NCBI GenBank assembly: GCA_963847185.1
Contig: CAWJYV010000010.1
Span: 732,151 to 796,150, forward strand
Direction of reading: 5' to 3'
Length of the DNA stretch: 64,000 bases
Source of the DNA: an uncultured Methanosarcinaceae archaeon
GTDB taxonomy: Archaea > Halobacteriota > Methanosarcinia > Methanosarcinales > Methanosarcinaceae
The notes beneath the pieces were generated by a model. It worked only from the letters and a program-made list of their open reading frames with translations, did not search any database and had not been told where the DNA came from. Positions within the stretch are counted from its first letter, which is position 1, and every line of letters starts with the position of its first letter. This document shows, piece by piece, positions 56,009 to 64,000 of the stretch. The translations under genes were made by a program, and so were the position numbers.

Positions 56009-59000
56009 CTAGTAGAAATTCCGCGCTTCTACGTCCACCGCCGTCCCGCCGATGCCGACCAGCCGCTCGGCGCGGATCGACATCACCCCTTCCTGGTTCT
56101 GCAGCGTTCCCTCGACCAGCAGGAACGGCTCCTGGATGATCGTCATCCGGTCGCGCGCGAACAGGTCCGGCCGGACGATGATGTTCGCGATGCCCGTCTC
56201 GTCCTCGATCGTCAGGAAGACGAAGCCCTTGGCGGTGCCCGGCCGCTGCCGCGTGATCACCGCCCCCGCGACGCGCACGCGCCGGCCGTGCCGCATCTGC
56301 GCGAGGTCGCTCGCGCGCAGCGCCCCGCGCAGCCGCATCTCCTCGCGGCGCAGCGCCATCGGGTGCGGACCGACGGTGAGGCCGGTCCCGGCATAGTCGG
56401 CCACCACCCGCTCGACGACGGACATTTCGGGCAGGGGAGACGAATCACTTGTCGATTGAGTGAATTGTTGATTTGTTGATTTCGTGGTTTCGCCATGCGC
56501 CGGTTTTGCCGTTTCCGGCTTTTCCGTTGACGGATCGTCGACCCACTGCCCGCTGCCTGCTGGCCGCTGTCCGCTGTCCGCTTCTTCGTACAGCTCCCCC
56601 GCCGGCCTGATCGCCCGCTCCACCTGCCAGAGCGCCTCACGCCGCGTGTAGCCGAACGAATGGAGAGCGCCAATCTCGGCGAGCACCGACAGTTCCTCCC
56701 GGTTGATCCCGCTGCGCTTCACGACGTCCTCGATCGAGGCGAAGCGCACGGGCCCGGGCTTCCACTCGTGCGCGCAGTTGTTGCAGAAAAACGAGCGGCC
56801 CCGTCCGTCTACGACAATCTCGAGCATCGACCGATCGTCGCAGTGGCACTTGGGGCAGCGGACGGGGGACAAGACGTGATTTGGTGATTTGTCGATTTGG
56901 TGATTTGGTGATTTGTCGATTTGGCGATTTGGTGATTTGGCGATTGGGTGATTGGGTGATTTGTCGATTTGGCGATTTGGTGATTTGGCGATTGGGTGAT
57001 TGGGTGATTTGTCGATTTGGTGATTTGGCGATTGGGTGATTGGGTGATTGGATCGCTGTCGGCTGTCGGCTATCGCCTGTCCTACCTGGGCGCGGAGGCC
57101 GCTGACGTACCGCAGCCCGAGGCGCACGGCGCCGTCGTCCTCGATCGTGCAGTCCCATCCCGATCGCTGGACGTCCACCGGCGCGAAGTGCACGCCGCGC
57201 CGCTGGGCATCCTTCACGAGCGTCGCCGGGTGGTAGAACCCCATCGGCTGGTTGTTGAGCAGCGCCGCGTAGAACGACGCCGGGTAGTGCGCCTTGAGGT
57301 AGGCGCTCGCGTAAACGAGCAGGGCGAAGCTCGCCGAGTGCGACTCGGGAAAGCCGTACAGCGCGAAGGACGTGATCGAGGTCACGATCTCGTCCGCGTC
57401 GTTGCCCGTAATCCCCGTGCGCGCCATCCCCTCGCGCAGCTGCACCTCGATCTGCTTCATGCGCCGCTCCGACCGCTTGAACCCGAACGCCCGCCGCAAC
57501 TCCTCCGCCTGGCCGCCCGTAAAGCCCGCCGCCACCATCGCGATCCGAAGCAACTGCTCCTGGAACAGCGGGACGCCGAGCGTCCGCGCGAGGATCGGTT
57601 CGAGCGACGGGTGCGGGTAGCGCACCGGCTCGCGCCCGGCGCGCCGATTGAGATACGGGTGGACCATCTGACCGACGATCGGACCGGGCCGGATGATCGC
57701 GACCTCCACGACGATGTCGTAGAAGCGCTCGGGCTTGAGGCGCGGCAGCGTCGCCATCTGCGCGCGCGATTCCACCTGGAACACGCCCATCGTGTCGGCC
57801 GCCTGCAGCATCCGGTACACCTCGGGATCGTCGGGCGGCAGGTTCCACAGTCCGAGCGGCTGGATGTCCGCGGGGCGGCGGCTGTTGATCTCCGCCAGTG
57901 AGTCCTGCAGCACGGCCATCATCCCGAGGCCGAGCAGGTCGATCTTCACGATCCCCATGTCCGCGCAGTCGTCCTTGTCCCACTGGACCACGACGCGGCC
58001 GGGCATGCTCGCATTCTCGAGGGGAACGACGCCGTCCAGCCGGCCCTGGCAGATCACCATCCCGCCCGAGTGCTGCCCGAGGTGGCGCGGCAGATCCTGG
58101 ATGCGCTGCCACAGCTCGGCGAACAGCCGCATGCGCGGCTGCGCGGCGTCCATCCCGATGGCGTCCAGGTGCTTCGCCAGCGTCTCGCCATCGTCCTTGA
58201 ACTCGAAGTTGTGCATCACCTTCGCGAGGCGGTCCACCTGCGCGCCTTCGAGGCCGAGCGATTTCCCCACCTCGCGCGCCGCGCTCCGACCGCGATACGT
58301 AATGACGTTCGCCGTCATCGCCGCGCCGTGCTGCCCGTACTTTTCGTAGACGTGCTGGATGACGCGCTCGCGCCGGTCGCCGCTCGGCAGGTCGAGGTCG
58401 ATGTCCGGCCACTCGCCGCGCTCCTCGGAGAGGAAGCGCTCGAAGAGCAGGTCCATGCCGACGGGATCCACGGCGGTGATCCCGAGGCTGTAGCACACGG
58501 CGCTGTTCGCCGCCGACCCGCGCCCTTGCACGAGGATCCCCTGCTGCCGGCAGAAGTTGACGATGTCCCAGACGATCAGGAAGTAGCCGGGGAGCTCCAG
58601 CTTCTCGATGAGCGCGAGCTCGCGGGCGATCTGCGCGCGGGCCCGATCGGGGTAGGGCCGGTACCGCTCGCGCGCGCCGATCTCGGTCATCTTTCGCAGG
58701 AACGACGCCATTGTCTCGCCGGATGGCACGGGGTACTCAGGAAACCGGTACCCCAGGTCCGCCATCGTGTAGCGAAGGCGATCCGACAGCGCCACGCCAT
58801 TGGCAATCGCTTCCGGGCGGTCGCGAAACAGATCCTCCATGCGGGCAGGCGGCTTGAGATACCGCTCCGCGTTCACCGCCAGGCGGCGGCCGGCAGCATC
58901 GAGCGTCGTCTTGTGGCGAATGCAGGTGAGGACGTCGTAAAGCGGGCGCTCCTCGGGACCCGCAAAACGAACGCCGTTGGTGGCAACGATCGGGACGCGA

Positions 59001-59635
59001 AAGGCGGCAGCGAGATCGGCCAGCGCCTGGTTGTCCGCCTCCTCGTCGCGGAGAAGGTGACGCTGCAGTTCGACGTAGACGTTCGACCGGCCGAACAGGC
59101 CGACCAGCCGATCCACGAGGCCGCCCACGCCATGCCGCCCGCCGCGCAGCGCCTCGCGGCCGACGAGGGTCACCAGGCCGGCCGTGTGGCCGTCCAAATC
59201 GTCGAGCGACAGCGTCCCTTCGCCCTTCGCCGAGCGAAGGTGCATGCGCGTCAACAGGCGGCAGAGGTTCTGATAGCCCTCGGGCGACTCGATCAGGACG
59301 GGAAGGGTCCACGGAGAGCCGACAGCTGACAGCTGACAGCTGACAGCCTGAACACGGCGGGACGAGGGGTGACGGCGAGCGTACTTTTCTTCGTCCCGCT
59401 GTCGGCTGTCCGCTGTCGGCTGTCCGCTATTGATCGTCAGCTCTGCTCCGACGATCGCCCTGATCCCCGCTGCCTTCGCGGCCTTGTAAAAGCGGGGAGC
59501 ACCGTACACCCCGTCGCGATCGAGAAGCGCCAGCGCCGGGTAGCCGAGTTCCGCCGCGCGGTCCACGAGCGCCTCCGGCAGCGACGCGCCGTCGAGAAAG
59601 CTGAAGGCGGAGGAGGTGTGGAGCTCTACGTACAT
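56009..59635 (-). CDS. dnaE2: Error-prone DNA polymerase DnaE2 (ImuC) with repeat-derived and zinc-ribbon insertions
   Basis: YVELHTSSAFSFLDGAS (PHP), GRGSAANSAVCY, WPDIDLD, PRHLGQHSGG, YGFPESHSASFA, RQRPGTAKG, C-terminal ARNFY. Confidence 0.96.
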   Translation of the reverse strand: MYVELHTSSAFSFLDGASLPEALVDRAAELGYPALALLDRDGVYGAPRFYKAAKAAGIRAIVGAELTINSGQPTADSRQRDEEKYARRHPSSRRVQAVSCQLSAVGSPWTLPVLIESPEGYQNLCRLLTRMHLRSAKGEGTLSLDDLDGHTAGLVTLVGREALRGGRHGVGGLVDRLVGLFGRSNVYVELQRHLLRDEEADNQALADLAAAFRVPIVATNGVRFAGPEERPLYDVLTCIRHKTTLDAAGRRLAVNAERYLKPPARMEDLFRDRPEAIANGVALSDRLRYTMADLGYRFPEYPVPSGETMASFLRKMTEIGARERYRPYPDRARAQIARELALIEKLELPGYFLIVWDIVNFCRQQGILVQGRGSAANSAVCYSLGITAVDPVGMDLLFERFLSEERGEWPDIDLDLPSGDRRERVIQHVYEKYGQHGAAMTANVITYRGRSAAREVGKSLGLEGAQVDRLAKVMHNFEFKDDGETLAKHLDAIGMDAAQPRMRLFAELWQRIQDLPRHLGQHSGGMVICQGRLDGVVPLENASMPGRVVVQWDKDDCADMGIVKIDLLGLGMMAVLQDSLAEINSRRPADIQPLGLWNLPPDDPEVYRMLQAADTMGVFQVESRAQMATLPRLKPERFYDIVVEVAIIRPGPIVGQMVHPYLNRRAGREPVRYPHPSLEPILARTLGVPLFQEQLLRIAMVAAGFTGGQAEELRRAFGFKRSERRMKQIEVQLREGMARTGITGNDADEIVTSITSFALYGFPESHSASFALLVYASAYLKAHYPASFYAALLNNQPMGFYHPATLVKDAQRRGVHFAPVDVQRSGWDCTIEDDGAVRLGLRYVSGLRAQVGQAIADSRQRSNHPITQSPNHQIDKSPNHPIAKSPNRQIDKSPNHPIAKSPNRQIDKSPNHQIDKSPNHVLSPVRCPKCHCDDRSMLEIVVDGRGRSFFCNNCAHEWKPGPVRFASIEDVVKRSGINREELSVLAEIGALHSFGYTRREALWQVERAIRPAGELYEEADSGQRPAGSGQWVDDPSTEKPETAKPAHGETTKSTNQQFTQSTSDSSPLPEMSVVERVVADYAGTGLTVGPHPMALRREEMRLRGALRASDLAQMRHGRRVRVAGAVITRQRPGTAKGFVFLTIEDETGIANIIVRPDLFARDRMTIIQEPFLLVEGTLQNQEGVMSIRAERLVGIGGTAVDVEARNFY
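56878..57053. repeat. Octamer tandem array (GATTTGGT family, 22 units) inside dnaE2, frame preserved
   Basis: Units GATTTGGT/GATTTGTC/GATTTGGC/GATTGGGT with an exact 48-bp higher-order duplication; encodes SPNHPIAKSPNRQIDK-type repeats. Confidence 0.95.
59321..59428. repeat. Inverted pair of heptamer arrays (GACAGCT)n / (GCTGTCS)n inside the dnaE2 PHP domain
   Basis: GACAGCT x4 at 59321-59347; GCTGTCG/GCTGTCC x4 at 59398-59425. Confidence 0.85.
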
Positions 59636-59757
59636 GACAGCTGACAGCTGACAGCTGACAGCTGACAGCGGAGGCCGCGGTTGGCGAAGAGACGCGGCTG
59701 GATCTGCCGAATCCGCTGTCTGCCATCCGCTGTCGGCTGTCTGCTGTCCGCTGTCTG
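59636..59757. repeat. Inverted pair of heptamer arrays filling the imuB-dnaE2 intergenic region
   Basis: GACAGCT x5 abuts the dnaE2 ATG; GCTGTC-type units abut the imuB stop. Confidence 0.88.
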
Positions 59758-61478
59758 CTAATCGAGAATCCCCTCAATAAACCACCGCTCCGTCGCGCGA
59801 TCGCGATAGACGCGGTAGACGGCGCCATCACTCAGCGCGACGTCCCACTCGTCGCGGTTCCATGGGAGAGCTGGCAGCCGCCAGCTGCCACCTGCCAGCT
59901 TTTCCGTTTCGCGTTTTCCGTTTTCCGTTGACGAGCCCTTGCCTTCGCGGCCCCGCGACAAGAGAGACGCCTGTCCCGCCTGCCCCCCGCTGTCCGCTGT
60001 CGGCTGTCGGATGTCGGCTGTCTGCCCCACCTTCCACCACTCCCCCGAGGTCCGCCACGGTCCTGCCGAGGCCTCCACGACCCCGCCCTCCAGACCGCGG
60101 CGCCCCGTTGTCACACGCACCGGCCGTCCGTCCTGCTCGACGACGTGCGCGGGCACCGGCAGGCGGAAGCGGCGGAGGACGAGCAACACGCCCGGTTGCC
60201 GGTCGATCCGGTTCGCGGCTAACGCTTCGCCGCTTGCGGCCAGCAGTTCGCCCGATGCGGATGCAGGGCGCCGTTGAGTGTTGGCCGGTCGCCGTTGGCC
60301 GTCGGTCACCGAAAACGCCTGCATCGCGAACGCGCCTGGCCGATGCGAATCCACAACCGCCGCCGCACCGACGCGCCGCTCCCCCATCAGCGCGCCGAGG
60401 CGCGCCAGGAGCGTGGCGACCTGTTCGGGGAACGGCAGCGCGCGGGCCAGCAGCGAGAACTGCACGATGCGCGCGGGGGCGGTCTCCACTCGGATGGCGA
60501 GGCGATCCACGCCCGCGTCGAGAGGATGCGACTCGAGGTGCAGCAGGATGAGCGTGCGCAGGACTCTCGCGTCGCGCATCGGGGCGGGCAACTGAAGGCG
60601 ACGTGTCTCCTCTGCCCTCGTCGCGAGACGGAATGACAGGTCGAGGCCCACGGCCGCCTGGTCGAGACGTTCGAGACGTTCGCAGATCGGGTCCAGCAGG
60701 CGCGGAAGGAGGAACGACAGGGGCTCGAGGCCCTCGACCGGCCAGTCGAGGTCCAGCCACTCCTCGATCGGCGCCTCGGGCGCCATTGCCACCAGTGGCT
60801 CGAGATCCTGGCCGCGGGCAACGCGCTGCCACCGCACGCCGTTCTGCCCGACACGCTCCGAGAGCGCGGCGGCCGGCAGCGCGGCCAGGTCGCCCAACGT
60901 CCTCAGGCCCCAGCGGCGAAAGAGGGAGAGGACGGGCAGCGCTTCATTTGGTGATTGGGTGATTTGGTGATTTGGTGATTTGGTGATTTGGTGATTTGGT
61001 GATTTGGTGATTGGGTGATTTGGTGATTGGTGATTGGTGATTGTGATTGGTGATTGGGTGATTGGGTGATTTGGTGATTTGGTGATTTAACGGGAGGTGT
61101 GGACAGGCGGGCGTCTTGAATGGCCGCAAGGCGGGCCAGGACGCCAAGCGGAAGATTCGCCAGCGTCCGCGCCTCCTCGCCCGGCGGCACGACGGTGACG
61201 CCATCGCAGGCCAGGGCCAGCAGCATCGCGGCGGTGCGGCTAACCGCAATCGCCACGTCGGCCGCACAGCCCCGTTCGTGGGCGTCTCGCACGAGCTCGC
61301 GGCCGATGTCCACCGGCGTCCCGAGCAGGCGCCCGAGGCCGGAGATGTCGAGCGTGACCAGGCGCGGCGCGTGGACCTCCACGCGCGGCGAGAAGGCCCG
61401 CGCCACGGCCTCGAGCGCATCCGGCTCGACAGATGATGGCTCCGCCGCGGCGGCGGGAAGAGACAGGCACGCAAACAC
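59758..61478 (-). CDS. imuB: ImuB, Y-family polymerase-like mutasome subunit; reading frame broken within an octamer array
   Basis: MFACL...ARAFSPRVE...LDISGLGRLLG; after the array FRRWGLRTLGDLAALP, WPVEGLEPLSF, DSHRP, GPWRTSGEWW, RDEWDV. Confidence 0.85.
60946..61088. repeat. Octamer tandem array (GATTTGGT family, about 18 units) inside imuB
   Basis: Six perfect GATTTGGT copies at 60961-61008; three 7-mers and one 6-mer at 61025-61051. Confidence 0.95.
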
Positions 61479-61504
61479 GACACCCTCTTCTCAACTCTCT
61501 TTTC

Positions 61505-61572
61505 AACGCAGAGGCGCCGAGGCGCCGAGATGCTCAATTAGAAAAATCTCTGCGTTTCCATGTCTCTGCCGA
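61505..61572. repeat. CGCAGAGG-type imperfect inverted-repeat element between imuA and imuB
   Basis: AACGCAGAGGCGCCGAGGCGCCGAGA ... TCTCTGCGTTTCCATGTCTCTGCCG. Confidence 0.6.
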
Positions 61573-61634
61573 ACATTCGTCTCGACGTTCACGTTGAACG
61601 CCCGTCCTCCGTTATCGTCCGTCCTCCGCGTTAT

Positions 61635-62489
61635 CTATGTGTTCACCGCGAACCGGCACGTGCCACCTGCCGCGTCGCGCGACCGGACGACCCGTGCCTC
61701 GATGTCCACCCCCAGCAGCAGGCGCACCTCGCCCGGCCGGCCGGACCAGCGAACGTTGGGCAAAGCGTGCCCAGCTTCGCCATCCGCGCGGCTCAGGGCC
61801 AGCGTGACGCCGCCCGCACTTCGCGCAATCGGGACAGGCACGACCAGGACACACGCCGTCCGGCTACCCTCCAGCGTCCGCTGGAGCCGGAACCACGTCG
61901 TGAAGGGGAGCCGGCGGATGGCCTCCGGCAGGACCTCCGCCAGGTCGAGGACGACCAGGTCGAAACCGCCCGCCTGGAGCACCAGGTTGACGGCCTTGAC
62001 CGCGCGGTCCAGCGCGCGCGTCCACGGATCGGCCGCGGCCAGGCGCTCGCCGCCGATCGATCGGCTGTGAGGCCGGCTGAAGCCGGCCACATCAGGGCGG
62101 CCTTCCCCACGACGATTGACTGCGGGCGATGCCTGACGGCTGATGGCATCCCCGCGGATCCACAGCAGCCGGTCCAGGCTGATGCCGGCGTTCGCTCCCG
62201 ACTCGACATCGAACATGTCCAGCGTGTCGACGAGCGCCGCCAACTCGCCGTTGGCCGTCGCGGCGGCGACCGCCGCCGCCAGGAGGCTGCTCCGCCCTGA
62301 CGACCGCGGACCGGCGATTTCCGAGAGTTCCCCTCGCGGCAGGCCTCCACCAAGCGCTTCGTCGAGGCTGGCGACGCCGGTCGGCACCACCCCCTGGCCG
62401 GATACCTCCGCGCGTGTCACCGTTCAATCGAGCTTTCGCGTCCGCAGCAACGCTTCGAGTTCCGCCCGTGGGGTGGCAGTGGCCGGCAT
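61635..62489 (-). CDS. imuA: ImuA / RecA-like mutasome subunit; in-frame TGA at codon 22 from ATG 62489 (or shorter product from GTG 62420)
   Basis: PTGVASLDEALGGGLPRGELSEIAGPRSSGRSS, ALVDTLDMFD, LDRLLWIRG, LQAGGFDLVVLD, WFRLQR; first gene of the cassette. Confidence 0.8.
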
Positions 62490-62503
62490 GAGGATCCCCA
62501 ATG

Positions 62504-62552
62504 CTTCGCTTTATTTTCGCTATACGAAAATATAGCGAAAGAAGGAACGAAG
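62504..62552. promoter_or_regulatory. Candidate SOS/LexA-type operator region upstream of imuA
   Basis: AT-rich patch with TTCG-N7-TTCG, CGAA-N7-CGAA and the perfect inverted repeat TTTCGCTATA-N6-TATAGCGAAA. Confidence 0.6.
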
Positions 62553-62572
62553 CGCAAGGGGAAAGGAGAGAC

Positions 62573-62631
62573 GGGTGCACGAGGTGCACGGGGTGCAGGG
62601 GTGCACGGGTGCACGGGGTGCACGGGTGCAC
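62573..62631. repeat. 8-9 bp tandem repeat (GGGTGCAC family, about 7 units)
   Basis: Directly visible between the divergent imuA and MFS genes. Confidence 0.88.
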
Positions 62632-62698
62632 AGGGAGCAAGGTGCGGGACGGCCGGCGCGGCCGGGGGCGCATGCTACCATGGACGCTCACCGAACCG

Positions 62699-64000
62699 AT
62701 GCCGCAACCGTCTTCCGACGCCGTACCCACGACCCCCGCGCCTCCCGGCTCCGATCCCCTGCTGCCCGGCGCGCAGGCCACGCAGGCAACGCCCGGTGTC
62801 TCGGTGGCCGGCACCGCCCTGCGCCGCGTCGCCGCCGCCTTCACCTACCGCGATTTCCGCGTGCTGTGGCTCGGCGCCTGCACGTCGAGCATCGGCACGT
62901 GGATGCAGAAGGTCGCGCAGAACTGGCTGGTCCTGACGCTCACGGACTCGGCCTTCTTCCTCGGCCTCGACGCCTTCCTCGGCGAGGCTGCCGATCCTGC
63001 TCTTCACGCTGATCGGCGGCGTCGTGGCCGACCGCCGGGATCGCCGGCGCGTGCTGCTCGTGTCGCAGTTCGTGCAGATGTCCGCCGCGTTCGCGCTGGC
63101 GCGCGCTCGTGGCTACTTCGGCGCTCGTGACAGATCTGGCACATCCTGGCCCTGTCGTTCATGACCGGGTGCGCGCAGGCGTTCGGCGGGCCGGCGTACC
63201 AGTCGCTCGATCCCGTCGCTCGTCGAGAAGAAGGACCTGCCGAACGCGATCGCGCTCAACTCCATCCAGTTCAACCTCGCGCGCGTGATCGGCCCGCTGC
63301 TCGCCGGCGTCGCCCTGGCGACGCTCGGCATGCGTCGGCGTGCTTCAGCGCTGAACGGGCTGTCGTTCCTGTCGTCGTCATCGTGGCGCTGATGGTGCTC
63401 CGCATCCCGCCGCACGTGGCTCGCCGCCGCCGCAGCGGATGCTGACGAGCTACGAGGCGGCCTTCGCCTACGTGCGGCACGAGGGGCCGCTGGTCGGCGC
63501 TGACGGTGCTCGCCTTCGCCTCGACGTTCCTGGCGAACGCCGCTGCTCACGTTCCTGCCGGTTGTTGCGCCAAGAACGTCTTTCACGAGGGCGTCGGCGA
63601 GTACAGCCAGATGATGGCGTTCTCGGGCGCGGGCGCGGTCGTCGGGCGCGCTGGTCGTGGCGTGGCTGGGCAAGTTTCCGGCGCATGGGCCTGGCGGCGC
63701 TCGTCGTGCAGGTGGTCGTTCGGCGCGCTGATCATCGCCTTCGCGCTGTCGCGCGTGCTCTGGGTGAGCAACCTGCTGCTGTTCGTCGCCGGCGCCGCGC
63801 TGATCGTCGTCGTTCTCGCTGGTGACGTCGCTCGTGCAGCTCATCGCCCCCAACGAGATGCGCGGCCGCGTCATGAGCATCTACATGGTGGCGTTCCGCG
63901 GCGGCATGCCGCTCGGCAGCCTCGCGAGCGGCTGGATCGCCGAACGCACGTCGGCGCCGATGGCGTTGGTCATCAACGGCATCCTGATGATCACCGTCGC
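62699..64000 (+). CDS. MFS transporter (MFS_3/H+ antiporter-like; many indels; runs off window)
   Basis: YRDFRVLWLGACTSSIGTWMQKVAQNWLV, GGVVADRRDRRR, NAIALNSIQFNLARVIGP, EMRGRVMSIY. Confidence 0.85.

Noticed and set aside
56755-57075. Intein in DnaE2
   Set aside because: No N-terminal Cys/Ser block or C-terminal His-Asn splice motif; the insert is low-complexity plus a Cys cluster.
56878-61088. CRISPR array or DGR template/variable repeat
   Set aside because: Units are 7-9 bp and contiguous with no unique spacers; no cas or reverse transcriptase gene is in the window.
62424-62426. Selenocysteine or recoded TGA in imuA
   Set aside because: Non-catalytic position with no Cys context, and TGA is used as a normal stop throughout the window.

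Overview
The window joins two unrelated DNAs. Bases 1-~4455 are AT-rich and Methanosarcina-like: an acyltransferase-3 gene and a MEDS/PAS/HisKA_2 sensor kinase cut off before its ATPase domain. At ~4455 the sequence switches abruptly to very GC-rich DNA, probably Acidobacteriota/Vicinamibacterales (inferred from gene content and style), and a PDZ membrane protein is also cut at that point. This is most likely an assembly or concatenation chimera. The GC-rich part carries dedA, an HTH regulator, msrPQ and a ~38 kb sigma-54-controlled, PEP-CTERM/XrtA-type exopolysaccharide locus. That locus has a sensorless kinase, two NtrC-like regulators, Wza/Wzc/Wzx/Wzy, an ExeA-like ATPase, a LicC-like cytidylyltransferase, a GT2-TagF fusion, several glycosyltransferases, a heparinase II/III-like lyase, three AsnB amidotransferases, AlgD, and a divergent mini PEP-CTERM-like protein plus a beta-helix protein. 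Downstream lie DUF2461, SpoIID, esterase, SET, triple-RidA, yajQ, an ABC-2 exporter, an imuA-imuB-dnaE2 mutagenesis cassette and an MFS gene. The most unusual signal is the mutasome cassette. It is colonised by several families of 7-9 bp tandem or inverted repeats, which create in-frame protein insertions in DnaE2, an out-of-frame octamer array in imuB and a stop-to-start hairpin between imuB and dnaE2; imuA also has an in-frame TGA. Many genes carry indels that look like sequencing or polishing errors, so frameshift-based claims need read-level checks. No rRNA, tRNA, CRISPR array or transposase was seen.
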